Assembly: GCA_937980205.1 (NCBI GenBank)
Contig: CALJKW010000016.1
Location: 201,735-265,734 of the forward strand
Direction of reading: 5' to 3'
Source: an uncultured Myxococcales bacterium
Lineage (GTDB): Bacteria; Myxococcota; Myxococcia; Myxococcales; Myxococcaceae
DNA length: 64,000 nt
Shown: piece after piece, positions 37,140 through 46,714 of the stretch
Numbering within the stretch: position 1 is the first letter of the stretch
How the letters are laid out: the number at the start of each line of letters is the position of its first letter
Notes under the pieces: model-generated
The model's database searches: none
What the model was told of the DNA's origin: nothing
What the model saw: the letters and a program-made list of their open reading frames with translations, nothing else
Translations under genes and position numbers: made by a program

Positions 37140-39740
37140 GTGCTCGCCTCGGTCCTGGTCGTGCTTCTCACGCAGAGCGATGACTGCGGCCTCGAGCCGC
37201 CGCGGCCGTTTCCTCCGGTGCCGGTGAAGCCGTTCGAGGCCTCGGAGGCCGACCCGCCGGTGGTGCGGCGCGCGCGTCTTCCGCGGTGGGCGCCGGCCGG
37301 CGGTGGCATTCCCCAGCCGCGCATCGACGACACGGGGGCGCTGGCGGGGAAGACCATCTACCTGTCTCCGGGGCACGGCTTCACGTGGACCCCGAGCCTG
37401 AATCGGTGGGCGACCCAGCGCGGGAACACGCACGACATCGTCGAAGATCTCGTCAGCACCGAGACGCTGTCGCAGTTCCTGATGCCGATGCTGGTGAACG
37501 CCGGCGCGCGCATCGTCACGGTGCGCGAGCTCGACCTGAACCGGGCGACGGCCATCGTCGACAACGGCGGCGCGGGCTACACCGAGACGGGCGCCGGCTT
37601 CTCGGACTCGTCGCTGATGGGCTGGGGCGCTCCGCCGGCCGTCATCACCGGAGCGACGAACCCGTTCACGCTCGGCACGAACCGGCTGATGGACGCGGCC
37701 GCGACCGCGACGGCGAGCGCGACGTACTCGGCGATGCTGCCCTCCGACGGCGAGTACAACGTGTACGTGTCGTATTCGGCGTTCACCGCGAGAGTCACCG
37801 ACGCGCACTACGTGGTGAAGCACGGCGGAGGCGAGTCGCACTTCCGCGTGAACCAGCGCCGCGCCGGCGGCACCTGGGTCTACCTCGGCCGCTTCTTCTT
37901 CAAGGCCGGCACGCCGGCCCAGGTGCAGGTGCTCAACGACTCGGCGAGCGGCACGGGCAACATCTCGCTCGACGCGGTGCGCTTCGGCGGAGGCATGGGC
38001 CGCATCGACCGCGGCGGCGGCGTCAGCGGCCGGCCGCGCTTCGAGGAGAGCGCGCGGTACCACGCGCAGTTCTCGGGCGCTCCGACGAGCGTGTACGACG
38101 TCAGCGACACGGACCACAACGACGACGTCAGCACGCGCAGCCGCTTCGCCGCCTGGGTGCACGAGCCCGGCGAAGACGCCATCTACGTCGCGTGGCACAC
38201 GAACGCATTCAACGGCAACGCGGTCGGCACGGACACGTACGTGTACGGCCCGAACCCTCCGGACGGCACGTTCCAGTTCACCGGAGTCGCCGGCAGCGAC
38301 ACGCTCGCCCGCCGCGTGCAGTCGGAGCTGATCAACGACATCCGCAACGGGTGGAACATGCCGATGTGGCGCGACCGCGGCGTGCACTCGGCCTACTTCG
38401 GAGAGCTCAACCCGAACCACAACAACGAGATGCCGGCGATCCTCATCGAGGTCGCGTTCCACGACAACGTGAACGACGCGGCGGCGCTGAAGGAGCCGAA
38501 CTTCCGCTACCTCGCGGCGCGCGCGATCTCCCAGGGCATCATCCGCTACTTCGCCGAGCGCGACAGCCGGCCGGTGGTGTTCCCGCCCGAGCCGCCCACG
38601 CACGTGGCGGCGATCGGGCAGGGCGGCGGAGACAGCGTGGTGCTGAAGTGGCGCGCACCGCCCGTCGACACCGTCGGCGTCGGCGGCCACGGGGCGACGT
38701 CGTACCGCGTGTACTCGAGCCCCGACGGCCTGGGGTGGGACGACGGCGTCGAGGTGACGGGCACGAGCTACACGGTGAACGCGCCGGGGCTGCGCTACTT
38801 CCGCGTGGCGGCGGTGAACGGCGGCGGCGAGTCGTTTCCGAGCATCACCGTGGCGGCGAGGCCGGGCAGCTCGCGCGTGCTGGTGGTGAACGGCTTCGAT
38901 CGGCTCGACGCGGCGATGGCGCTCCGCGAGAACCTCTCGGCGTTCAGCCTGGGCAACGTGCTGCGCATCTTCATCCCGCGGCTCAACGACGGCTCGTACG
39001 TGCGCTCGCACGCCGACGCGCTCTCGTTCGGGAGCTTGGGCGTCGACAGCGCGAGCACCGAGGCGGTGACGTCGGGCGACGTGATGCTGGGCTCGTACGC
39101 GGCGATCGACTTCCTCGCCGGGCGCGGCCACCCTGCGAACGCGCAGCTCAGCACCGCCGAGAAGATGGCGCTCGCGTCGGGCAAGCCGCTGTTCTTCTCG
39201 GGCGTGCTGCGGGCCGACGCCGCGTTCCTGGGCACGACGCTGCGGGTGTCGGCGGTGTCGCAGATGTCGTCGGCGACGCTCGACGGCGACGACTTCCTCT
39301 CCGGGGTGAGCATCGCGCTCGACGACGGGACGAAGGGCTCGTACATCACGGGGACCGCCGACGCGCTGGCGACGACGAACGCGACGGTGGCGGCGCGCTA
39401 CACGTCGGGCAGCCCGGCGGCGGTCGGCGTGATGGGGCAGGTTGTGACGTTCGGCTTCCCGTTCGAGACGATCGTCTCGCGGTCGCAGCGCATCGAGGTG
39501 ATGGGGCGCGTGATGAAGTACCTGGGCGTCGCCTCCGAGATCCCCGATGCGGGCGTCGTCGAGCCGCCCGATGCCGGCTCGGGTGACGGCGACGGCGGCG
39601 TCGTCGACCCTCCGGCGGTGACGCTCGGGCGGCTGCCCGACGAGCTCGGCGACGAGCACAAGAAGGGCTGCGGCTGCGACGGATCAGCGGGGCCGATCCT
39701 TCTGCTGCTTGCAATTGCGTACGTCAGGCGCCGCCGCTAA
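37140..39740 (+). CDS. Large secreted cell-wall amidase-like protein (N-acetylmuramoyl-L-alanine amidase family-3-like region) ending in a MYXO-CTERM sorting tail
   Basis: GHG...E...H arrangement and AISQGIIRYF consistent with Amidase_3. The C-terminus GCGCDGSAGPILLLLAIAYVRRRR is the MYXO-CTERM pattern (Cys-Gly motif, transmembrane helix, Arg tail). Confidence 0.6.
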   Translation: MLASVLVVLLTQSDDCGLEPPRPFPPVPVKPFEASEADPPVVRRARLPRWAPAGGGIPQPRIDDTGALAGKTIYLSPGHGFTWTPSLNRWATQRGNTHDIVEDLVSTETLSQFLMPMLVNAGARIVTVRELDLNRATAIVDNGGAGYTETGAGFSDSSLMGWGAPPAVITGATNPFTLGTNRLMDAAATATASATYSAMLPSDGEYNVYVSYSAFTARVTDAHYVVKHGGGESHFRVNQRRAGGTWVYLGRFFFKAGTPAQVQVLNDSASGTGNISLDAVRFGGGMGRIDRGGGVSGRPRFEESARYHAQFSGAPTSVYDVSDTDHNDDVSTRSRFAAWVHEPGEDAIYVAWHTNAFNGNAVGTDTYVYGPNPPDGTFQFTGVAGSDTLARRVQSELINDIRNGWNMPMWRDRGVHSAYFGELNPNHNNEMPAILIEVAFHDNVNDAAALKEPNFRYLAARAISQGIIRYFAERDSRPVVFPPEPPTHVAAIGQGGGDSVVLKWRAPPVDTVGVGGHGATSYRVYSSPDGLGWDDGVEVTGTSYTVNAPGLRYFRVAAVNGGGESFPSITVAARPGSSRVLVVNGFDRLDAAMALRENLSAFSLGNVLRIFIPRLNDGSYVRSHADALSFGSLGVDSASTEAVTSGDVMLGSYAAIDFLAGRGHPANAQLSTAEKMALASGKPLFFSGVLRADAAFLGTTLRVSAVSQMSSATLDGDDFLSGVSIALDDGTKGSYITGTADALATTNATVAARYTSGSPAAVGVMGQVVTFGFPFETIVSRSQRIEVMGRVMKYLGVASEIPDAGVVEPPDAGSGDGDGGVVDPPAVTLGRLPDELGDEHKKGCGCDGSAGPILLLLAIAYVRRRR

Positions 39741-39750
39741 GGAGCCCGGC

Positions 39751-40761
39751 ATGCCTACGAAAATTGCCATCAACGGTTTCGGCCGTATCGGTCGCTGTGT
39801 GCTCCGCGCCGCGCTCTCCCGCAAGGAGACGGACCTCGAGATCGTCGCCATCAACGACCTCGACAAGCCGGCGTCGCTCGCGCACCTCTTCAAGTACGAC
39901 TCGGTTCACCGTGCATGGCCGGGCGAGGTGAAGACGTCCGAGAAGGGCTTCGTGATCGACGGCAAGGAGATCCGCGTCACGGCCGAGAAGGACCCGGCGA
40001 AGCTGCCGTGGAAGGAGCTCGGCGTCGACATGGTGCTCGAGTCGACCGGCCGCTTCACCGACCGTGAGAAGGCGCAGGCGCACCTCACCGCGGGGGCGAA
40101 GAAGGTGATCCTCTCGGCGCCCGGCAAGAAGGGCATGGACGGCACGTTCGCGTTCGGCATCAACCACGAGCAGTACGACAACGCGAAGCACCACGTGATC
40201 TCGAACGCGTCGTGCACGAGCAACTGCCTCGCTCCGGTGGCGAAGGTGCTGGACGAGACGTTCGGCATCGAGCGCGGCCTGATGACGACGATTCACAGCT
40301 ACACCAACGATCAGCGCATCCTCGATCTCGTGCACGACGACCTGCGTCGCGCGCGCGCGGCGGCGCTGTCGATGATCCCCGCGTCGACCGGCGCGGCGAA
40401 GGCGATCGGCGAGGTGCTGCCCAGCCTGAAGGGCAAGCTGACGGGCATGGCGGTGCGCGTGCCGACCCCGAACGTGTCGCTCGTCGACCTGACGGTGAAC
40501 CTGAAGAAGACGGCGACCGTCGAGGAGATCAACGCGGCGTTCAAGAAGGCCGCCGACGGCGCGCTCAAGGGCGTGCTGCAGTACTCGGAAGAGCAGACGG
40601 TCTCGATCGACTACAACGGCAACCCGCACTCCGCGATCCTCGACGCGACGAACACGATGGTCATCGACAACATGGCCAAGGTGCTCGCCTGGTACGACAA
40701 CGAGTGGGGCTACTCGAACCGCTGCGTCGACATCATGAAGTACATGGCGGCGAAGCTCTGA
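39751..40761 (+). CDS. gap: Type I glyceraldehyde-3-phosphate dehydrogenase
   Basis: INGFGRIGR, ASCTTNCLAP and WYDNEWGYS. AAGGAG lies at -12. Confidence 0.95.
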   Translation: MPTKIAINGFGRIGRCVLRAALSRKETDLEIVAINDLDKPASLAHLFKYDSVHRAWPGEVKTSEKGFVIDGKEIRVTAEKDPAKLPWKELGVDMVLESTGRFTDREKAQAHLTAGAKKVILSAPGKKGMDGTFAFGINHEQYDNAKHHVISNASCTSNCLAPVAKVLDETFGIERGLMTTIHSYTNDQRILDLVHDDLRRARAAALSMIPASTGAAKAIGEVLPSLKGKLTGMAVRVPTPNVSLVDLTVNLKKTATVEEINAAFKKAADGALKGVLQYSEEQTVSIDYNGNPHSAILDATNTMVIDNMAKVLAWYDNEWGYSNRCVDIMKYMAAKL

Positions 40762-40777
40762 GAGCGGGGGGCTTCAC

Positions 40778-41968
40778 ATGGCCATCAAGTACGTCGACCA
40801 GCTGCAGCTGACCGGGAAGCGCACGTTCATTCGCGTCGACTTCAACGTCCCGCTCGATGACGCGCGCAAAGTCACCGACGACACGCGCATCCGCGAGGCG
40901 CTGCCCACGATTCAGCTCGCGCTGAAGATGGGCGCGCGCGTGATCCTGGCGTCGCACCTCGGGCGTCCGAAGGGCGCTGACCCGAAGCTCTCGCTCGAGC
41001 CGGCCTCGGCGCGGCTCGCCGAGCTGCTCGGCAAGGAGCACGAGGTCGTGCAGGCCGACGACTGCGTGGGCGACGCGGTGGTGAAGACCGCGAAGGACTT
41101 GAAGCCCGGGCAGGTGCTGATGCTCGAGAACCTGCGCTTCCACAAGGAAGAGGAAGGCAACGACGAGGCGTTCGCCAAGGCGCTCGCGTCGCTGGCCGAC
41201 GTGTACGTGAACGACGCGTTCGGCACGGCGCACCGCGCGCACGCGTCGACCGCGGGCATGGTGCCCTTCGTGAAGGAGAAGGCCGCCGGCCTGCTCATCA
41301 AGAAGGAGCTCGAGAACCTCGGCCGCGTGCTGAAGAACCCCGAGAAGCCGTTCGTGGCGGTGCTCGGCGGCGCCAAGGTGTCCGACAAGATCAAGGTGAT
41401 CGAGTCGCTCTTGCCGAAGGTGAACGCGCTGCTCATCGGCGGCGCGATGGCGTACACGTTCCTCAAGTCGATGGGCGTGAAGGTCGGCAAGAGCCGCGTC
41501 GAGGACGACAAGCTCCAGCTGGCGACGAAGCTGCTCGAGTCGGCGAAGCGCATGGGCGTCGACCTGGTGCTGCCGGTCGATCACGTGTGCGGGACGTCGC
41601 CGGACGAGAAGAGCGACGCGCGCGACGTCGACGTGCAGGACATTCCCGACGACCTGATGGGCCTCGACATCGGCCGCAAGACGCGCCAGCTGTACCACCA
41701 GCACGTCTCGTCGGCGCGCACGGTGCTGTGGAACGGGCCGATGGGCCTGTTCGAGGTGTCGAAGTTCGCGGAGGGCACGCGCATCGTCGCCGAAGCGATG
41801 GCGGCGAACACGCGTGCTCAGACGGTGGTCGGCGGCGGAGACAGCGCCGCGGCGGTGAACGAGTTCAAGGTCGCGGACAAGATGACGCACGTCTCGACCG
41901 GCGGCGGCGCCTCGCTCGAGTTCCTCGAAGGCAAAGAGCTGCCCGGCATCAAGGCCCTGGAGGGGTGA
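40778..41968 (+). CDS. pgk: Phosphoglycerate kinase
   Basis: [26 protein letters not shown] and GGGASLE. Confidence 0.95.
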   Translation: MAIKYVDQLQLTGKRTFIRVDFNVPLDDARKVTDDTRIREALPTIQLALKMGARVILASHLGRPKGADPKLSLEPASARLAELLGKEHEVVQADDCVGDAVVKTAKDLKPGQVLMLENLRFHKEEEGNDEAFAKALASLADVYVNDAFGTAHRAHASTAGMVPFVKEKAAGLLIKKELENLGRVLKNPEKPFVAVLGGAKVSDKIKVIESLLPKVNALLIGGAMAYTFLKSMGVKVGKSRVEDDKLQLATKLLESAKRMGVDLVLPVDHVCGTSPDEKSDARDVDVQDIPDDLMGLDIGRKTRQLYHQHVSSARTVLWNGPMGLFEVSKFAEGTRIVAEAMAANTRAQTVVGGGDSAAAVNEFKVADKMTHVSTGGGASLEFLEGKELPGIKALEG

Positions 41969-42729
41969 TGAGCAGACGTTGCTTCGTGTGCGGCAACTGG
42001 AAGATGAACAAGACCGCCACGGAGACCGCGGCGCTGTTGCGCGACTTGCGCGGCGCGGTCTCGATGGTGAGGGACCGGGTGGAGATCGCGGTGGCTCCGC
42101 CGTTCACGGCGCTGGATCGGGCGGCCAAGGCGCTCGAGGGCTCGAACATCGCGCTCGCGGCGCAGAACTGCCATGCCGAGGCTTCGGGCGCGTTCACCGG
42201 CGAGGTGTCGGCGGACATGCTGAAGGACCTCGGGGTGCAGTACGTGATCCTGGGGCACTCCGAGCGGCGGCAGCTGTTCGGTGAGACCGACGACGGCGTG
42301 AACAAGAAGGTCGGCGCGGTGCTGAAGGCGGGCATGCTGCCGATCGTCTGCGTCGGAGAGACGCTGCAGGAGCGCGAGGCGGGCCGCACGCTCGACGTGG
42401 TGTCGACGCAGGTGCGCGGGTCGCTGAAGGGCTTCTCGGCGGCCGACGGCGCGCGCTTCGTCGTCGCGTACGAGCCGGTGTGGGCGATCGGCACGGGGAA
42501 GACGGCGACGTCGCGGCAGGCGCAGGAGGTTCACGCGCACATCCGCGGGCTGCTCACCGAGCTGTGGGGCGGAGATGCCGCCGGCCAGGTGCGCATTCAG
42601 TACGGCGGCAGCGTGAAGCCGGACAACGCGGGCGAGCTGCTCGGCCAGGCCGACATCGACGGGGCGCTGGTCGGCGGGGCTTCGCTGAAGGTGGCCGACT
42701 TCTCCGCCATCGTGAAGGCGAAGAATTGA
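41968..42729 (+). CDS. tpiA: Triosephosphate isomerase
   Basis: [24 protein letters not shown] and GGSVKPDN. The start codon overlaps the pgk stop. Confidence 0.95.
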   Translation: MSRRCFVCGNWKMNKTATETAALLRDLRGAVSMVRDRVEIAVAPPFTALDRAAKALEGSNIALAAQNCHAEASGAFTGEVSADMLKDLGVQYVILGHSERRQLFGETDDGVNKKVGAVLKAGMLPIVCVGETLQEREAGRTLDVVSTQVRGSLKGFSAADGARFVVAYEPVWAIGTGKTATSRQAQEVHAHIRGLLTELWGGDAAGQVRIQYGGSVKPDNAGELLGQADIDGALVGGASLKVADFSAIVKAKN

Positions 42730-42776
42730 GCGTGTTGCAGTGTTACGGGGCGTGTGCTTAAGGAGCGCCCCTCGTC

Positions 42777-43271
42777 ATGATCTATTTCGTCTCTGCCGTT
42801 CACGTGCTGCTCTGCGTGTTCATGATCTTCGTGATCCTTCTCCAGCCGGGGAAGGACGCGGGCATGGGCGCGGCGCTCGGCGGTGGTGCAGCGACGTCGG
42901 CCTTCGGTGGCCGCGGCGCGGTGACGTTCCTCGGCAAGGTCACGGCGGTCTGCGCGATCGCGTACTTCATGACGTCGCTGGGTCTGTCGTTCGTCGGCCT
43001 GAAGTCGTCGGTCGCTGACTCGATCGTCGATGAGGCTGCGACGACGGCGCCGGCGGCGCCGGCTCCGGGCAGCCCGACGGCTCCGGGCGAGACTGCGCCT
43101 TCGACGCCGACGCCGAACGACGGGACGCCGACCAAGGCGGCCGAGGGTTCCGAGAAGCCGGCGGAAGGCTCTGCCACGCCCGCCGCGGTCGAGAAGCAGT
43201 CAGAAAATCCCGGCACGCCCGTACCTGCAGTGCCGGAGAAAAAGGTTACTGGCACCGAAGCCGGGCCTTGA
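42777..43271 (+). CDS. secG: Preprotein translocase subunit SecG, with an extended Ala/Pro/Thr-rich C-terminus
   Basis: The N-terminal SecG core (VLLCVFMIFVILLQPGKDAGMGAALGGG...SAFGGRG). Confidence 0.85.
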   Translation: MIYFVSAVHVLLCVFMIFVILLQPGKDAGMGAALGGGAATSAFGGRGAVTFLGKVTAVCAIAYFMTSLGLSFVGLKSSVADSIVDEAATTAPAAPAPGSPTAPGETAPSTPTPNDGTPTKAAEGSEKPAEGSATPAAVEKQSENPGTPVPAVPEKKVTGTEAGP

Positions 43272-43303
43272 GGTAGTTGGCAGTCCGCAGTTCGCAGCAA
43301 AAA

Positions 43304-43385
43304 GCCCAGGTGGTGGAACTGGTAGACACACCATCTTGAGGGGGTGGCGCCGCAAGGCGTGCGAGTTCGAATCTCGCCCTGGGCA
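43304..43385 (+). tRNA. tRNA-Leu (anticodon GAG), class II with a long variable arm
   Basis: Acceptor GCCCAGG/CCTGGGC, anticodon loop TTGAGGG, variable arm CGCCGCAAGGCGT, T-arm GCGAG-TTCGAAT-CTCGC. CCA is not encoded. Confidence 0.85.
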
Positions 43386-43489
43386 CTTTGGGTCTCCGCT
43401 GTCGCGCTCGGTCGGTTGGAGTGCTGACACCGTCGACCACCGCGGAGGGGCCGCGAAGGCCAACGACGGTCCGCCGTGCCAGCGAGTGG

Positions 43490-43560
43490 CCTCGCCCCGG
43501 CTCGCGGGCGCGGAGCGAGGAAGAGTGGCTCAGCTTCAGGGCCTGCTTCGCTCCAGCTCG
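43490..43560. repeat. Solo copy of the roughly 60-bp repeat unit that forms the terminal inverted repeats of the element at 1849-2225
   Basis: CTCGCCCCGGCTCGCGGGCGCGGAGCGAGGAAGAGTGGCTCAGCTTCAGGGCCTGCTTCGCT is about 90% identical to 1849-1915. The similarity continues weakly for about 50 bp downstream. Confidence 0.45.
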
Positions 43561-43970
43561 CGCGCGGCCTGGTGACGCGGCTGTCGAGGGAACGGCGGTT
43601 TTCCCCGTCCGCTTCACCGAGCTCTGTCGCGTAGACAAGGCCGTTCGCTGTCGCGGAGATCATTCGCTCCGGGACGACGTCGCCGTCGACACGCGTGTTC
43701 GTTCTCCCTGCTCGCGAGCGCGGAGGCCTTGGGGGGGTATCCGGCTTGTTGGTTTTTTCGGGCGATACCCGCCGAAATTCGGCGGGTATCTCGGATCGTT
43801 TCCAAGCAGCCTGGGACCCCCCACGCCTCGCACGCCCGTGGCTGCATCGCCGCGCGTGGGAAGCTCTCCGGCTGAGAGGAAAATCCGCTGCTCCTTCTAT
43901 AGCCGGGTCAGCCCCCTGCGCCGAGACGGCTGCGCGAAAGCGCCTCAACAGCCAGGGCCACCAAAGCCAG

Positions 43971-44044
43971 CAGCGCGGGCTGGAGTCGAACCAGCCTGAT
44001 GCGGATTCAAAGTCCGCCGCCTGGAGCCGCTCGGCCACCGCGCC
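43971..44044 (-). tRNA. tRNA with anticodon TTG (Gln-like) and a G1-U72 first pair
   Basis: Minus-strand clover-leaf. Acceptor GGCGCGG/CCGCGCT, anticodon arm GCGGA-CTTTGAA-TCCGC, T-arm GCTGG-TTCGACT-CCAGC. The D-arm is longer than in the E. coli Gln tRNA, so the isotype is assigned from the anticodon only. Confidence 0.6.
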
Positions 44045-44152
44045 GCCGTGCTCGACGCGCGCTCGGAGGCCGACTGACCTCGACGTCCTTTGGTGCGGTT
44101 GTGCGCGCATGAAGCTTGCTCGCCGGAGCAGTACACTCTCGGAGGGACTGAC

Positions 44153-44620
44153 ATGGCCGCATCGCTCGATGACGTTGTCTCAGAGCTCAAGAATCTTCGC
44201 GCCGATCTCAACGATGGGTTTGGGGCCCTCCGCACGGAGATGAAGCAGGAGCTTGGGGCGGTTCGCACGGAGATGAAGCAGGAGCTTGGGGCGGTTCGCA
44301 CGGAGATGAAGCAGGAGCTCGGTGCGGTGCGGACGGAGACGACGCAACAGCTCGTGTCGGTCCGTGGCGACGTGAAGTCCGGGTTTGCTTCGGTGCGGGT
44401 CGAGCTGAAAGAGCATTTCGAAATGCTGCACGCAGACCTCACCGTGCTGGCGGAGCGCGTCACAGACCTGGAGTCGACGACGACGACGATGAGCTCAATC
44501 GTCGACGTGTTGCGTTCGCTGGAAGAGAGCTCGCGCGCGATGGCGGACGGCCTGCTGAAGCTCACCGGTGACCACGAAGGGCGTCTGCAGAACGTCGAGC
44601 GCATTCTCGGCGTGCGCTGA
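44153..44620 (+). CDS. Coiled-coil protein with an internal tandem 11-aa (33-bp) repeat ELGAVRTEMKQ x3
   Basis: ATG preceded by GGAGGG. Heptad-like composition throughout. The 3' end overlaps the convergent gene by about 58 bp. Confidence 0.45.
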   Translation: MAASLDDVVSELKNLRADLNDGFGALRTEMKQELGAVRTEMKQELGAVRTEMKQELGAVRTETTQQLVSVRGDVKSGFASVRVELKEHFEMLHADLTVLAERVTDLESTTTTMSSIVDVLRSLEESSRAMADGLLKLTGDHEGRLQNVERILGVR

Positions 44621-45911
44621 GCAGGCAGAGCGCTGCAAGCGCCGCGAGCGCTGACAGCGAGCTCTGCGAACAGCCGCAGGTCGCCGTCGCGCCGGGGTGA
44701 GGCTCCGCGTCGACCACGCCATTCGTTCCGGCGTCGATGCCCGGTTGGACTCCAGCATCCGGCACGACACCGGCGTCCGAGTGGCCTGCATCCGGCACTC
44801 CGGCATCCACGACGAGCAGCCGCGTCCCCGTCACCAGCCGCTGCCCCGTCAGGTTCGCGAACGCCGTCGAGGTCACGCCGAAGAACTCAGCCTCGTCGGG
44901 CCGCGCAGCGATCCGTGGGTTGAAGTTGCCGGCCTGAACCATCGGCCCCCACAACAGCCCCGGCGCGTTCAACGGCCGCCCCTCGGCGTCGAGCTCGACG
45001 GCGACGTCCTGCTCCGTCGCGTGGGTCACGACGGCGAAGGTGCCGGACACCGGGCTCCACGCGACGCTGTTGGCGTCGTACGAAGCGTAGGTCGTGCTCA
45101 CCGTCTGCCGGGGCCCGACCGTTCCATCCGGCGACACGAGCCGCGCCTCGAGCGAGCGGGCTCCCGGCGTGGCGCGGTACCAGACGACCAGCCAGCGGCC
45201 CGCCGCAGCATCGAGCGCGACCTCCGGCACGTAGCCCGCGTTGATCGGCCCATCGAGCGGCAGCGGCGTGCCGACGAGCGCGCCGGCCTTCACCCGCTGC
45301 GCCCGCACGAAGCAGTCGTCATTGCCGACGCAGCCAGCGTACGCGACGAGGAAGCTGTCCGAAGCGGGGTCGTACGCCACGGAAGGGTCCCGCGCGTACG
45401 GCGCCGCAGAGTCGATGTCGATGACGCCGCCGACCTTCGCTCCCGCAGCAGACAGCCTCTGCGCCTGAATCTTCGTCGCGCTGTTCTGCCAGACGACGAG
45501 CCACTCGCCGTTGCCGTAGGCCACCGCCGCGCCCATCTCCCAGTTCGTCCCGTCCGGCGAGATGTCGAAGTCCGCGGTCCCCGCCGGCAGCAGCCGCCCG
45601 CGCACGCGCGTGAGCGTCGCGCTGACGCTCGCGTGCCAGGTGACGAGGAACGCGCCGCCTCCGAACGCCACGCGCGGGCACTGCGCGTAGAACGCGTCGA
45701 CGTTGACGCTGAACGCGGCGCCCGAAGCAGCTCCATCGAGCCCGAAGTACTGCCCCTGAATCTTCGAAGCGCCGCTGACCGCGAGCCACTGCGAAGCTCC
45801 GAAGGCGACGTCCGGCCAGCGCACCGGCATGGTGCCGCTGGCCGGCGGCGGAGACACCGGCGCTCCGGCGACCGACAGCTGCGCGTGGGCAGCGCCGGCC
45901 GCGAGGAGCAT
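44562..45911 (-). CDS. Secreted W-rich repeat (beta-propeller-like) protein with a MYXO-CTERM tail
   Basis: Signal peptide MLLAAGAAHAQ. Repeated W...VW / VAY segments. The C-terminus ATATCGCSQSSLSALAALAALCLLSARRE is MYXO-CTERM-like. Confidence 0.55.
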   Translation of the reverse strand: MLLAAGAAHAQLSVAGAPVSPPPASGTMPVRWPDVAFGASQWLAVSGASKIQGQYFGLDGAASGAAFSVNVDAFYAQCPRVAFGGGAFLVTWHASVSATLTRVRGRLLPAGTADFDISPDGTNWEMGAAVAYGNGEWLVVWQNSATKIQAQRLSAAGAKVGGVIDIDSAAPYARDPSVAYDPASDSFLVAYAGCVGNDDCFVRAQRVKAGALVGTPLPLDGPINAGYVPEVALDAAAGRWLVVWYRATPGARSLEARLVSPDGTVGPRQTVSTTYASYDANSVAWSPVSGTFAVVTHATEQDVAVELDAEGRPLNAPGLLWGPMVQAGNFNPRIAARPDEAEFFGVTSTAFANLTGQRLVTGTRLLVVDAGVPDAGHSDAGVVPDAGVQPGIDAGTNGVVDAEPHPGATATCGCSQSSLSALAALAALCLLSARRECARRSADALRGHR

Positions 45912-45928
45912 CACGGCCCCGAGGAACC

Positions 45929-46702
45929 TCAGAACGCCTGCTCGACCTTCAGGTACTCGGATCGCACGGCCTGCGGCTTCGAGCCGTTGATGCCGGTGTT
46001 CACCACGAACGTGTACTGCTTGTTCAGGTCGAGCTTCGACTCGGGGATCTCGAGCCGGTACGACTGCGTCTTCGTGCCCCAGTTGGTCGACGAGTCCTGC
46101 ACCTTCGGGTTCGCGATCGTCGCGACCTTCTTGTTCGTGCCCTTCTCGTAGACCTCGATGCTCTTCACCTGGAACTTGGGCGGCGCATCCGCGAAGCCGG
46201 TCCCGCTGACGTTGATCGACGCGATGGCGTTCTTCGGGCCGCCGCGGCCGGGGCCGGGCATGCGGTTGATCCACAGCGAGGCCTCGACGTTCGCGCTCGC
46301 TCCGTTGGCGGCGATCGACGTCGGGATCTTCGCGACGTCGACCTTCGGCGCGCCGCCGCCGCTCGACGCCTTCTTCGCGATGCCGATCGTCACGTCCTTG
46401 CCCTGCTGCGCGATGACGCGCGCCTCGTAGCCCTTCGGCAGCGCGCGCTGCAGCTTCTTGAAGATCGTCGCGCCGGTGTCGCCGCGGCTCACCGAGAGCG
46501 ACACCGACTTCTTGTCGAACCCGAGCTTCAGGAACGAGGCGACGATGCCGTTGTTCGTGCCGGTGCCGGAGATCTTGAACCCGAACGCAGTCGCCTGCGC
46601 CTTCAGGCCCGGATCGTTCTCCATCACGGAGACCTTGAGCAGGTCGGTGGTACGGCCAGCAACGGGAGCGCTTCCGACTTTTCCGACAGAGGCAGTGGTC
46701 AT
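45929..46702 (-). CDS. Hypothetical Lys-rich protein
   Basis: 257 aa of non-repetitive sequence. It has 12-17 bp gaps to both neighbours on the same strand, so it is the middle gene of a three-gene operon. Confidence 0.45.
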   Translation of the reverse strand: MTTASVGKVGSAPVAGRTTDLLKVSVMENDPGLKAQATAFGFKISGTGTNNGIVASFLKLGFDKKSVSLSVSRGDTGATIFKKLQRALPKGYEARVIAQQGKDVTIGIAKKASSGGGAPKVDVAKIPTSIAANGASANVEASLWINRMPGPGRGGPKNAIASINVSGTGFADAPPKFQVKSIEVYEKGTNKKVATIANPKVQDSSTNWGTKTQSYRLEIPESKLDLNKQYTFVVNTGINGSKPQAVRSEYLKVEQAF

Positions 46703-46714
46703 GGTGGCGACTTC

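Noticed and set aside
36147-39659. 1170-aa minus-strand ORF opposite the amidase-like gene and the AraC gene region
   Set aside because: The plus-strand frame carries the signal peptide, catalytic motifs and MYXO-CTERM tail. The minus frame is Arg/His/Asp low-complexity.
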